Shown piece by piece: positions 37,301 to 52,200 of a stretch of 64,000 nt of DNA; position 1 is the stretch's first letter, and each line of letters starts with the position of its first letter. The notes under the pieces were generated by a model, which worked only from the letters and a program-made list of their open reading frames with translations, ran no database searches and was not told the DNA's origin. The position numbers and the translations under genes were made by a program. Source of the DNA: Choristocarpus tenellus KU-1152 (Eukaryota > Protista > Phaeophyceae); contig CAXNAD020000002.1 in assembly GCA_964200185.2 (NCBI GenBank), forward strand, positions 19,209 through 83,208, read 5' to 3'.

Positions 37301-40300
37301 TTCTGGACTATTGAATGAGGTCAAGGGCTGGGTTGCGTCAATACTTCCAAAGCACACCAACCTCCTCTACAGCAAGCATTTTCATATTGTTTAAAGGGCA
37401 ACATATTCATTTAATTACTTGACAAGATAATCAAAATGATTGGAGATGGAGGGGCACATTATGTTGGTGAAAATAGTCCAAAATACTCTAGAGAAATATA
37501 TAAATAACAACTGCGTAACACCTGTACACCCATCACTTGATGGCCTTTGATAGATAGCCTTGATAGGCCTGCACTGTCCCAGTTACATTATTACAACATC
37601 CCGTATTAGAGTCAGTTACTGCTTTATTGTGAAGGCACTTTGAATTGAAACTAAAATACTAAGAAATGTTTCGAGTCAGTTGGATCACTCCACCACTTAC
37701 ATATTGTTGAGTACTATTTAGTAACACAAATTTCTACATATTGCTTTGTAGCATCAGCAGCACCCTCTGCAGCACTCTTCATTTTCACAGTAGTGATCTG
37801 TAGTGCCCAGGTTGTCACCACCTCATCACAATTTTTGCAGGCTTGCACTATGTGTGCTCCACAAATACATGAAAATGTTAGACCAAGGGCATCTCGTGGA
37901 TTTTTTTACCCTTCCCAAATGCATGAGATTTCTAATAATATATTTGATAAGAAGGGGGCTAGGTACACGATAATATGGAAAATATGGAGGAACCGTTATT
38001 GGTTACTTCAGTTTAGTTTTGACGTTCTCAGGTTTAGACATCAATATGATGACACTATCAACCATGCCAACATACACTGTAACTGGAAGAAGTTCAACGA
38101 TACAAGGGGATGCTTGGCTGGCCCACAGGTCAGTCTCCTTCCCATCAATGGGACACACATTGCTGCTTGAGTGATTAACACACAGTAACACCTGAAGGGT
38201 CTGAAGCATGACCTGATGAAATGCAAGGGATGATTGCAGGATCTTTGGCTAAAGGAAATATCAGCCTATAGAGAGTGTCAAGGATGATGCAGGTTGTGGC
38301 AAGGATTTCACTGACACTTGCAGGGCAAAGTTATCCAATTGGATACTGTGGTGGTGAAAGACAATTGACACGTGTTGTGTAGCCTCCTCATGTAGGCATT
38401 GGTGGGGGGTGTACTGTACTGTTGCAAACCTCTTTGGTTGACCGAGGACACTGCTGTCACAAGGACCTCTACATTCTACATTGGGTAACAGCGTAGTTTG
38501 TACCCTTCTAGGGGTTGGTGTAAGAACTTCAGTTAATATGGGAAACCCCAGTGATGCAAATCAGCCAGCAGGGAGATCAATGTGGGCATTTGCATCATCT
38601 TTGGGGAATAAAAGTCACCTTAGTAGTGGTCACAGAATAATAATACCACTTCTGACCAGTAGGTGTTGCTTTCACTATGTGATGACCATGTTTCTATTTC
38701 CATCACAGGCCAAACAGTTCCCAGTGGGTTGCCTCAGCACCCTATGTCTCAAATTTGATTCTGATCACATCAAAAAGTAAACCCATTGCATTACTCGCAA
38801 GTGAGTCGCATCGCATCAGAGAGGTTCACTGGACAAGTCACATGGAGGCAGTTTGCAGAGCTCTCTCTGTAAGTAAAGTAGACTACCCTCTCCTAATGTT
38901 GTACTATGAAGTATGCTGGAATATAGTGTTGGTTATACTTTGAAGTACAAATTTTGTTGGGTAGCATAGTTAATGGGCTTAATTTTTTGTTGCAAGAAAT
39001 TCAAATTTGATCCCTCAATGAAAGGAAGAGGAAATTTCTGTTAGAAAAATGCAATTACCAAGTATTGTCGATTTTCTGCCTCTGCAGTCTCTAGCATACT
39101 GTTTGTAAGGAGGGAGTAATGTTTGTAAGGAGACACTATTGTACCCTCAGGTTGCACTTGCACGCAATTTGCATTGGACAAATTAATTTTGTGAACATTT
39201 TCGTAAACTGACTACTGACAAAGTGAGAAAGAGCCTGGGAACCTCTTCCCTGTTCTCCGTGAATTACAAATCAAGCACAGTGACAAAATGCTCACTATTT
39301 TATTACAGGCACTGGGTAGTCAGGGAAAGGACCACCTGCAAATGCCATAGGGAAGTAGAGTCGGGTTAGATTGATGGAAACAGCAGCAAGAGTGAGGTGG
39401 AACCAGGTCTTATAGACAAGGGCAAGAAAACCACCAAGAGCAGGGGGATAATGAGAGCAGTTGGGACTGGGGGGCATATACCTGATCAAGAGAGCTAGAG
39501 GTGAAAGGGAGTTCTGCTGTGCTTGATGTTTGATGATGCCCACCTTAATCGGTATTTACCTGAGAATCCCTGTTGGTATAGGCCACAACAGTATTGAGTG
39601 GTCACCTAGTTGCAATTTGGTTGACAAATGCATTGTATTCCCCCCAATAAATTAACCTTAGCCGGTCACCATCCCACCTCCACCCTGCCTCACAAGATAA
39701 TACAGAGTATCTCATCAGTGAGAAGATCCTTAGCAACAGACTAAACAAGTACTCCGCAGTAAATAGTACTTTTATTTTATATGTACTTTTATTGAGAGTT
39801 TACACACTTTTATTAAGTTTATCCCTCCATGTTTGTTTTTTGATAAATGAGCACGAAATATATCATGAACCCATTGTTCTTGAAATGACCTTGCACAGTC
39901 TTCCACTATATATTTATTCCAATTTATTTGTAAATAGAAAATAGAAAATGTCGGTCATTAAATAAGTAGCACCCTTCAACCATCAATCTCTAATAAATAT
40001 TTTGATATTTAAATTTCTGCTGATGTCAAGTTGCTAACACACAAACTACCCATCAAATAGTACTTTTTGATATTAAGTAAGATTTAACCATGGGGTTTGG
40101 GTCAAGTGAAATACAATAATGTGCTGTGCTGATTTGTCTATGCTCATCAGGAACCGAATCATAGAGTAGACTGCACAAATGCCCTATGGTTAGTACGGCA
40201 CTACATTTTGTAGTCAAGGTAATATGTTGGGAACAGATAATCCCTGGTTGCCTCAGGGCACAACAGTCAACTTCAGGCCCTCAATGCACCATCATAGAAC

Positions 40301-43179
40301 TTGGAGTTCAAGCACAGCACTAAAAGAAGTTGACATGTCTTTCTTTGTCAATGAACACCTTGAGGCAACGCTGTTGTGGATGCTTGGTGCTTGACCTACA
40401 ACGAAAGTGCTCTATTCTTCCTCACATTTTGTTAAGTGACTGTCTTCTATGCGTAGTGAATGTGAATATAGAGACAGGAAGTATGTTCATTTCTTGTGGT
40501 CAGGACGGAATTCAGGACCCATGTAAGCTCACTCGCATGGAGGATCTGTTCCTTAAAAACGATTCATGGTTTCCAAACTTTCACATTGAGTACTTCACAA
40601 CAGGGATGGCAACAAAAAGAACATACAGTCATTATTTCAAATATGGGGTTTCACTTGCATCGCATGCTGAAAATAGGACTAGCTTCCACCAGAGTGGCAA
40701 TGTTGACTTGTCCAATTTTATATCTCACACAAAGTGTGAGGGAAAAAATGGGTGGATCAGGGTCTTGAATCTGGGATGTCCACATAATATCTCAGGGTTG
40801 TCACCTCTGATCAAGGAGAGTCATATAGCAATTGAAATGAGTTAGTTATTTTCTGTCTCTACATCCACACTGCATGTACTAGATGTACCACAAAAAGTGA
40901 AAAATACACAATTACACTATTTCTTTTAGACACTCACAACCTGGCACAGTTTAAAACATATCCTGGACGGCTGTAATGGCTTCACTGATATTGTCAAAGC
41001 TGAGCAAAGCAATTCACTGGCACAGTCTACACCAAGGAGGATGATGCTGGGAAAGTACCCATTCAGGCAGGGCAGGTGCAATGAATGCCACGCTGCCTTC
41101 CCGTACAATTTGTCCTTAGAAACACTCACTCAATGCAACCCGCCTCTACATCACTCACAGGTCAAAAGCAATTATAATTGTGGGTGATGAGCACCCCAGT
41201 TTAATTGACACACACCTTAAAAACAAAAAACCTCTCATTGTTTTTGTAGTCAAGGTGCCAAATATTGTACTTGGAATAAAAAGCTCCTGCCCAACCATGT
41301 ACTGTTGAAATAATTAAGTTACTGTTTATGCACAGTGATAAACACATGATGAAAAATATTCAACCGTATACTTTGGATCAAGCTACACAGCTTACTGGAT
41401 GAGGAGAAGCACACTGTAAAACATTGGACTGGACTCATCCTAAAGACACCTAAAATGAATGTCCCGCTCTGGACCTTCACTCGCTGGGGTTGCAATTTGA
41501 CTCATGGTGGTTGGTAAGTTGCAACATCAGCAATCTTTGTTTGAGAAAGCTGCAGGTATTTTTTAAGCTTCAATTCAATGATTAAAGTAAATAGTAAAAT
41601 TACAGTTCTATCCACGTACTACAGGATTATAATAGCATGGGATAAGCATCGATGCATTTCTATTTTGATGGAGAGCAGGGTGTATGCCAAATGCTGAACT
41701 GGATGGGGGTATCTAAGCTTCTGAGGCAATGCTCTTATATACTGACAAACAGCATTCAGTCCCCCATAGAAATCTGTTGTGACTCTCACCTGTCAACATG
41801 CTTTATCACCCATTGTCCCAAGGCTCCGCAGGGTGTTGCATCGATTTCATCTTTGTGGCCTACTGGGAGATCCTCATCTGAAATGGAAAATTCATCAGAG
41901 TCTCGGCCAGAGACCAATGGTAGACTAGTAGTGCTAATAAGCAAATTCCTTCCTAATCCCTGGCTTGAATCATCACTGGCAGGTTTTCTGCTTGATACAA
42001 ATAAAAACACAACAGGTGCATGGGAAAATGTAAACTATATGTCAGAGAGTTCGCCACTGGAGGTCAGGACAGTGCTTGGATAGAGTGGATTATTCTGACC
42101 TACAGCAGTAGTTCAAAGTATAACTATCAACTTACATGAGAGCGCTGTCCACCTTTCTCTATCTTGGAGCACCACAACCTACAGATAGACCTGGCAATTT
42201 GCTGCACCTCACTTTGGAATGAATGAGGTGAGACACCCAAACACAGGGGAATGCTGTTGACTGCATTATGGTGTGCACTTCCTTCTTGCTTGTGCAATGA
42301 GCTGCAGTCAATAGCTCCATGCAGCAGATGTATGACTATACTGAAGCTTACACACTAAAAAATCTCAGGACAACCTATTAATACAAGTTTTCTTTTCTTT
42401 CATTTTTTTATGAGACTTTTGAGTCCTATGGTGTAAGTTCTAGTCATGACAGGGTATTCAACAGAGAGACCCAGAGTTACCAGGCAAAGTTGCTGCTCGG
42501 TTTGTAGAGTTAGTTTAGCATGTGCTTCGAATGAAAAATTACAGGGAATAGCTGTCCTTTCTGACAAGATCTGCAACTCTGGCATGCCCCTGGATTCCTT
42601 TTCCCCCTCCGAGCAGGTATGGAATTGCTTCCTATTTAGCTGTTGACTATAAATCTTCTCAACACCAAGGACACTTCAACCTTCTACATTGATACTGAGG
42701 AATGCATATGGCCCACGTAGCCATTGCATAGAGATGGAAAGTACAATTACAAAGTGCATAATGGTGCTTTTTTCATCGAGGTGCACTCAAAAAGCACACT
42801 AGACTGGAAAGATCTTTGTAGAGGATTGCATAGCAACATAATCTGGAACAAGTAATATCTAGAGACGTTTATTACTATCAGCTAGGAAAGTTACTGTAGG
42901 AGTGGAATACCTGGTGTGTTTTCTACAGTGTCAATGCTTACCTTACATTATCTGAACATTTGGGGCTTAGGACTTGTGTGGTAGTACTGCGAGTACCCGC
43001 TGCTCTCAATATACCTAGAGTCTTGATCTTCACAGCAAGGCCTGGGACAGATGGAGTCTTTGAGAAATAGAAAGGAGGGGCTTGTGTCAGTATGCTCTAG
43101 AAAGCTCAAATACTGTGTTGGATATACCACTGCTTGATAAAAAAAGAATCAGTATCTTATTACACCCTCCTTCACACTA

Positions 43180-43210
<31 letters not shown>

Positions 43211-46200
43211 TATATTTGGTTGTCACAGGTACAGATAGAAAGCATGTGAAGGATAAGGTGTACATAAACATTTCTGTCTTGATTGACAATTGCCAACTAC
43301 AATACTAAAATTGTACATAAAAATAAAGTATGCTGAAAGCATTAAAATGATCAATACTACCTAAGATTCCTGTAACTTCTTGTATGTGTAGTTTGACTTG
43401 GACCATGGACCACATCCAGAGCCTCTATATATATACACATATTGTCAAATATTGAGATACCACTGTTCCTCTGGGGCAGACAGTTGCGTCACTATCTTCC
43501 CTGGTGAAACAGTGGAAGAGTATTTTTAAATTGACAAAATCAGAGGTTGGGTACTATCCAGCATAGTCCATGGACCATCATCCCCACTAATCACACACTT
43601 GCCCTAAGAAAATCATCTCAATATTTGTATCTTCCCTTGAACCCGTTCCTGGACCCCTCTCTCACCCCCTCTTTATTTTCCCACTGTTGGGAGGGAGCCC
43701 TAAAAGCAGTCCAACCAATGGAACAGTGATATCTCAATATTTGACATGTAGTAGTACACAAATTGAATGATCAGAGCTTGCAATATATTGTACAGTTTAG
43801 GAGCTCAGTGCTAGTATATTTGTAGTAAGAAGAGCTTCGAGATGGGAATCACTAATCTTGCTGTTCCTGACCAGGTGGTGATACTAAAATAGTTTTCCAG
43901 GGTATTTGATAGAAACTTGACTAAATAATTTTGCTATTTTTGCCCTACAGGCGATGATACAGTGAACATATGTTATGCAGGGTATGTATAAGTGTTCAGG
44001 TAATTGTCAGTACATAGTTATCTGCCATTCATTCCAAGAAGAGCAAACACCACCTCTAACTATACTACATGATGTGATCTATTTTAAATCATGTCACAAT
44101 AAACAAGTGCAGTAGATCCAACATTATCCAAAGGTGACGTTTCTTAGTGATAACCTTTATTTTTTTGAGTGACCTAGATCGACTACAGAGACACTCCAGA
44201 GGATTGAAATAATATTATCTTTGAAAAACCTAGATGCTACAATATCGTTCTTCAGACAGACCATCACACAATGGAAAGAGGTAATTTCACACAAAATAAA
44301 ATGTAGCAGTGGCAGTAGAGCCATCAACTCTGTGAGGTACCTACGCTGAATTGTTTTTTTTTCTTTGGTTAGCATTTCCAACAATTTTGTGTGAAGTGTT
44401 ATCTCTAGAACTTCAATTTGATCTGCCATCCCAAGCTTATCTGGTACCATAGTAATGAAAATGTAGGGATTTTCATGGACTGTATAAAAATGATAATTAC
44501 ACTTGGAATATTTTTCCACATTGGTCAACCTTGCCCAATGTGAGGTCAAACATCTAGCCTCACACTCAAATAATTTAAGCGGGAGTCAATCTTCACTATC
44601 AAGTTTACAAATACTGGTACAGTAGCACTAATTTTACACTTAGCTCATAATTGTTCTTCAAACTGCATGTTGACTTGCATTTTCTGCAGATTGGAGGTAG
44701 GGTACATATGGAAGTAAGCCTCTACACAATCAAACTCATACAGTGATCTTGTCTGCGTTTTTTATTTTGGTCAAAAATCTTTTTCAAAGTACTTTGGATT
44801 ACTATGTTTCAATCAGGTTTACAATACTGCGAATTACTCTCCTCAGTGTCTAGGAATGCAATTGACCCCATGGTATTGCTGTACATTTGATTATCTTCAA
44901 TTTAGTACCTAGAGGGTCGGTCCCCTGGAGGGCATCTGTTTTCCCATACTTTATTTCATTTGACTTTGCAGTTGAACCCAAAATAGTGAGGGATCAGGTA
45001 TCCTGTGTATGTGTAGACTAATCCAAGAAGCAAGCAAAGATAGGGTGAATGCCCATTTAGCATCCCTTGGACCCCACTATGCCAGACTCCACAAGATACT
45101 CCCTCCCACCCCCTACTCCACTTGATTGTGAGTGTGAGTGTGAGTGTGAGTGTGAATGTGAGTTTCCCTATGTCTTGAAGTATTGCGTTCAGATGCACAA
45201 ACACAAGTATAACAGTACATGATTTACGAGGATTGTTGGGGGTGAACCCTTTACAATTTGATCTCTGCATGTTTGTAGTTGCCCACCTTGATAGGAAGGT
45301 ATAAATACTGTAGGGTGCAGATTGCAATGTTATAGAGAGAATGAAACTTAGCATTCATCTGACTGGGAAAACATCCTGAAAACCTGTTGACCATGTGTAA
45401 TAATCCTTTCTTATTGCATCCATTGATACACCACAAGTACACTTGTTGACTAGCTCTTTTTCTGGGATCTTATCCGTGCTAGACTGGTGCAAACTATAGC
45501 TTAATTCTTTGCATTTGCTTCACTTTCAGGAGCAGACCTCTCGGAGAAGTCCTTCCATCAACTGAGTCTCAACAGACAATAAACAAAGGTGATATATTAG
45601 ATGCCAATACACACATAATTGGATTTTGACTTTTGACCCCGAGTGGTGCATCAGATGACATGGGTGATACGAGGAAATGAGACAGTGTCCTTCACATTTT
45701 AGGATAGTTCTCAAGAATGGTTAGTCGAATCACCTGTAGGCTTTGATGACAACTAACCCTCGGGAATGGTTTATATTGCACTAGATCCCTTCAAATTACC
45801 CAGTACATAACTAGGGTGGACACTGGGCTACCCTCAAGGCTTAGTATGGGCATGCAGTTCTATGCAACAACTGGGCCACTTGACCCCTGTCTAAGGGAGC
45901 AACTTCTTGGCACCCCATCAACCTCAACACAACTCATAGAAAACTTCAGGGTGGACTTTGTGGGGCTTGAGATCTTATCTTTGCCATTTTTCGTCCACAA
46001 TGTTGGGGTCTAAGCTGGAAGAAGTGGACCACCCACTTGCAATAGTTTTGACACAAAGACAAAAAACCATCCAATCAGGGAGGGATCTTTTCATTTTTAC
46101 CTCTTTGATTTGGCTATCTAGTCCAGTTATGATCTGTACTAATGTGTGTTTGTACCTACTGGGGTTGGGACTTACTCTCATCCATTCACCTGTAGAGCTT

Positions 46201-49200
46201 ATACCCATGGTGTGTACACCAACCTTACTCTCATCCAAACTAGAGTGTACAAATAGGAGTACCCTTACCTAACCCTAAACCTTAAGCAATTGGTGGAATC
46301 TATAATCACAACATCAACCAACCATCAGCGATCATGACTGAATGAAGACTTAATCTAAATCACTAATGTTTTGATCACAAGGTCGCACTGAACCACAGCC
46401 TTGGAGGTTTTAGACCTGGATGTGTTCTTCAATATTTTATGAGAACATGAATAAGAAAGATTATGAATTATTGAAGCATATCTACTTGCAATAGCTTTGT
46501 GCATGACAATCTCTTCCTAGCGTTTTCCTTGCATTCCACTCATTTCAATATAAAATTATCATGCACTCAGTACATCAGACATGAACAAACACAAAGTAAA
46601 AATATCACTGAGCTAGCTACAATGTAGATTGAAGCTCAGGGTACACTTGCACTGCCTGCTAAATCCAAGTTTAAAACACAAAATATGGGGAAACATATTA
46701 TGTGTGAGCCTCAACTGCAGGCTCAATGAGATCAGTTTGTAGTTCAACCTGGATGACCTTCAACTCTGTGTTGATCAATTCGCAGATGAAACAGAAATTT
46801 GCTTCCCCTTATCAGAAGCAATATGCTAAGTGTTTTGGCTTCAGTTCCAAATGAACTCACAAACGTTAGTGACAGACCTCTACATAATACAACTTAAGAG
46901 AGTGGAAAGGGGGGGAATTGTGATGTCACAAATCAACTATCAGATATCTCTGATCTCTGTACATGAATGTCAGAGCTGAAATGGTTGGAACATTTTTTCT
47001 TACCTCAGGGGAAACTTTGTTTCGGCTCACAACGGACTTTGTGGCATGCTTGTAGCGAGCAAGGTGAATGTCATGAAAGTGCAGCCCTTCTGTGTGTATG
47101 CGAACCTCTTGCACAAGATCCACAAAACGCACTACTCGTAGTAGCCAGACAAATGTTGCAAAACTCCTGGAAATTTACAAGGAGTGAAATTTTCACTGGT
47201 TAAAGCACATTCAAGTGGAACTTGATGTATGCCAGGTTGCTCAACATTAAGTATTCAGCATAATCTTCCACAGGTTGATGTAGAGAGATCACATCAGACA
47301 GAATTGAGTTGTGTATACCAGAATCTCTCTGACAAAAATTGTGTAACACATATACTGTTCAGACTCACCCAAGAGTGTTCCACCCTGATCCCAAAGTAAT
47401 GATGTTCAGCATCACCACCACCATATCAAGCACCGACATAGGATGAGTCATGAAGGCATGCAAGTCTCCTTCAAGCCATATACGCAGACATACCTCCACA
47501 GCAAAGACAATAGTCCAAAACCCCAGCCATGCCTGAAGGGTATGTCGTGCGCATCTGCAAGAGTTAAGAAGGTCCCTGGGTGATACTGGAACATGTGTTG
47601 TAGACAAATCAAATCATCTCCAGGCCTGACATTGTATTGTCAGAACAACCACACAGCACACACAACTAGGCAGCAACAGCACATGAAAAAATCGTAGTGC
47701 ATAAAAGGTGAGTATCTTACAAAGTTATTATAGGATACCACTTGGTACGGGGCCTGTGGTGGAGACAACCTGGAACAACCAATCCCACTTGCCTCATATA
47801 TCCAAGAATTGGGACCACTCAGATGTGCTAGAACAGGAGATAGGACACAGGCTGACAAAAGGCCAGCAAGCCACTGGGGAGAACGCAGCCCTGCAGCTAC
47901 CTGTGGTGGGATGGTGTGATACATGTGAACCATATGCAGTCATTCTGTGGGTCGGTCTATTGCTTCTTCATATTTGTACATGGAATCCAGAAAATTGAAT
48001 CATCTCTCTTCAACCTTGTCAGAGGTAAAAATTTGAGTCAAGGTATGTCGTATGTTACCTTGTCGCGCTGGCGGTCAATTGGAGAGTCCTGACTGTGGAG
48101 CCCTTCCACATGAAAATGTGATAATGTATGAGAGAGATGCTTCCATTCATCCAGGCTACACATATTGTCTATAGCCATGTCAGCCACATGCATCATTTGC
48201 TTTGCAGCTGCACGGCATAAAACTCCATTGCTGAACTGCTTCCAGTAGCTGGTACGTTTGGAAGAAGTTGGTAGTAGAGTGCAAGGAAGCAGTTGGTTAT
48301 CTAGTCCTGTTGGAAGATACATTGAATGTGTAAGGCTCTGACTCTGCTCTAAACCCGAGATAAATGCAGAATGTTACTACCTGTTCTTGCAGACCATGTG
48401 TACTCGTCTCCTCGCCTCCAGCTCCAACAGAGCCTCATTGGTCCTCATATCCATATTCGCAGGTATTTGCTTGACCTAGCAAGCATGGGTAGCAAGTAAA
48501 ACATTTTTCATGTTACCAAAAAGGAGGTGTGCAAGGATGATTTACTGCTGAACGCGGATTACTGATTTCATCAAGTCTCTACAATTGGATAGTACTACTC
48601 ACACACCTTTGGTGCAGGCACTTCCAGATAGTAGTGCCGAGCAACATCCCATACGGTACAGTCAAATAATCGGTTCTTGCGCAAGACTTCCTCCTGTTGC
48701 TTCCCAGAATCATTGAGTGTCCGCATGGCCTACACATACAGACACACACACACAAACATATACATACATTGAAAAGTTGGTTCAATGAGCAATTCAACAA
48801 CTTGGGTGACTTCGTTGCTCGTTGCTATGGGATTATGTTCTTGTATCTTAATCTGAAGTCAGCAATTGAAGTTGTTCAGTACATGCAAGTTTTTCAGGTT
48901 ATTTGTGCTTGCGACCTCAATTCGTTCAGAGCACACCTGGTTGAAAACAACAAGCCGTGAGGCAGGAACGGTGTCCAAACCAACCAGGACAAGGAGGTGG
49001 TGCATTGTTGTTCCATTCACTGCCAAGGTCAGGACCACAATGCCTGCTGTGTGAAACATGACCTGGTTGTGATGGCAAAGACATCTGGTTTTTGCAAGGT
49101 CTCCATCATAGGCAAAGAAGTTATAGGTCTATACCAGCAAAAAAAGTTAGTGCAGATCAACGTTTACAAGTAGTGATATCCACAGGTAACCCAAGTTGGT

Positions 49201-52200
49201 GCAGTGATTAAGGAGAGATTGTTGGGCGGTTACCTTGCTGGTGATAGTGCTGCAAATTGCCTCCTCTTGAAGAACAACCAGTGCCAGTGCCAAGCCCACA
49301 GCACCCCTCAGCCCTCCCCATACTCCCACCAAAGTATCACCCACTTCCACATCAATCTTCATGACCTACACGTTGTGTGTGTTGAGAGAGTAATGAATAA
49401 AGCAATAGTCTAGATCAGGCCCTGTAACTACTACAGAAATATTGTAGAACTGCAACAAAGCAACAAGATAACTACCTCATGCTAACCTTTCCCTAGTATA
49501 TAGAAGGTGTCACCTTGTTGGGATCTTGGACAAAGCCAACAGGAGGAAAAATAGCAAAGGAAGAAAAAGTACAAAGTTCTACTGAAAACATAAAACAAAA
49601 TGCAGAAGCTTCTAACCGTGATATGTATATATATATATATATATATTCCAGGTCACAGCAGTTCTATTGGTATGCTGGTCATTTGTATCTACACCACACC
49701 GTCATTTAAACGTCCACATACTCCTAAAATGCTGTTGATATTTTACTGATCTAGGTGACACTTGTGACAAGACAGTTGAAATGCAACCTTTGAAAAAACT
49801 GATCTGTACTGTTGAAATTGTCTAGTGAATGCCTGCCCCCCGAAACACTGGGAGCTACACCACGAAACAGTACAAACCATGTCTTTTTGTTCCTCTCAGG
49901 CTTAGTTTGGTTATTAAAGTCTATATCCTCAGCGAAAACACTATTTTTCCGTTGGATCTGTATCCTGGTTATGTTATCATTCCACAAAAGGAAATGACCG
50001 TTCTCAGGGTAACAACTTTCAATTATTCCAGTTTGAGGGGCTGACATCAATCATCCTAAAATATCCTGAGGTGGGCAGACTTTCACAGTTGGACACATTT
50101 TAGGACCAAACTAAGAATGTTTCCAGCATCATCTTGATTTCCTAGTGCAAGGTATAAATAACACTCCAGAGGCTTAATGTGTTCCAATTGATTTATATCA
50201 AGGGTAAATTCATTCTTGTGTTCCTCTTTCACTCAAGATTAGAGCTCACACAAGTCGTCAGGAGAATATAATATATAGTCGTGTAATGATGGTGTTCAGG
50301 TGGGTGATTGTACTTCCACGGTTCTTGGGAATGCATGAATGTTTTAATTAACATGAACAAGTCATTCTTGGTTGGGTTTTAGGCAAGCTTTTGGAAAGAG
50401 GTAGTATCATGTAAAATTCACAACACTCAGTGCTTGATTGTCTAGCAACAGATCTTCACATTTTCTCAATTTGCAGTGTTTCAGCACATAGTTGAGTTTA
50501 TTTCTCAAGCTTTTGCAATTTCCAAATGTTGTCAAGGTGCTAGCATGGATCAGTTGGAAACAAAAACCTCTACCAACACTTCTGGAGGTAATAGATGCCA
50601 AATCTACATGTGTTTCATAGCATGTTGGTACCAACATAAAACGTAAGTTCATAGCAGCAGAAGAGATTTTTGGAACAAGCCACAAACCCAAATATAGGTG
50701 TACGCACATTCCACAAAGTTGTATTGTAACCTCATCATCCAGGTATGAAAACAGGAGGTGGTAATAAACCCATGAAGATGAGGACAACAGTTTAGCAAGC
50801 TTATGTGGGGGGTTGAAAAGCTGGATGCTCTACAGTTGTCTTTAAGCCTCACCTACCCACCTTCTTCTTCCACATATGTGCGCTAAAGCACAGTATAACG
50901 CGGATCAGGTGAAGCACCACATACACCACAAATAAGATTAACACGTCAGTAGCACTGGATTGGGGCAGGTCAATCATGATAACCACACCAGCGATGACAA
51001 AAACCAGGGTGTTACCAAGAAATGCCAGGAGCTCCCAAAACTCCTCCAAAAAGTGCTCGACCTTGAAGTGTGGCAGCATCAAAATTTATAGGGCTACTGC
51101 CATTAAGCTCTTGGAAGTGAAACGTCAGGACAAAGGATACAGCCACCAGAGTGAATAGGAGTTGGTGACAAGAAATATGTCATTCCCTTCAAACATGTTG
51201 GTCATTTGGAATCCCAGGGCAATCTTGGTGCAAATCAGTCAGCTCAAGAACACTTGAGGCATGCAAACTTGAGGATCGTAACCCCCAAGCTATTCAATCC
51301 AGTGCTGCAATATAGTACTGTGTAGCGTAGTGCAGATCAGGGATTGGGTTCCTGAGTTTGCAGGCAAGCCAAGCTGCGTCGAATACAACCAGCCCTAAAT
51401 GGAGCAAGAGCTGAGGAGTCAACTGCAGGTTAGCATTTGAAACTCCTTTCAAATGAAAACTTAGATGAGGGTAGCTGCCGGCGAAGACTGAGCACAAGGC
51501 TGGGCTAAGTAAGTAGTTTATGCAGTAAATCATATAAATATCTATATGAGTACTGGTATTGTCAACAATGTTGTCACCCACAAGGGGTGTGACAAAGTCG
51601 ATTAAATAAAGGCCCACCTTGAACCACAGGGCAATTAGATTGACCCCTAGAATGCACACAAGATAATGTAGATGCTAGGGTCTGAATGAACGGTGCCAGT
51701 TTACCAAACTACAACGAAAACCCCAAAATGAAGGCTCCCATATGGTGTGTTTCATACTCTCATTTTCAATCAATGGTGACGTCTGATATTCTTATTATCT
51801 CTGGCTGGTCACAGTAACACACACAAAGAGAGTCACTTGGCAACCCAGTTTAGTAACTGACCCTTTCTATGCTTCAGCAAACCAACTATACCTTGTAATG
51901 ATCTACAAGCAAAGTAGCAACAGGATGGATGGTAAGTAGATCTATACTTCTCCAATAGAAATCAGGCTATACATTATCATTGGGAGGTGTGACTGTCCTC
52001 TTGCGTCACTTGAAGACAAACAACCGCTGAAGTAAGTACCTCTATGATGTTGAGATTTGATTGGACAGCAGGCAAGACAATGAGTGTTGGTTCTAACTCC
52101 TTCAACCCATGTTTAGTGGAGTAAATATCCTTACATAGTGGCAGGAGATTTGGAGCAGATTGCTTCACACTTGGAGAGGTTGTTAATCTACTTTCAAGTC

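Noticed and set aside
43183-49646. Microsatellites (TATG)n at about 43183, (GTGTGA)n at about 45127, (TA)n at about 49626
   Set aside because: Ordinary intronic simple repeats with no further structure.
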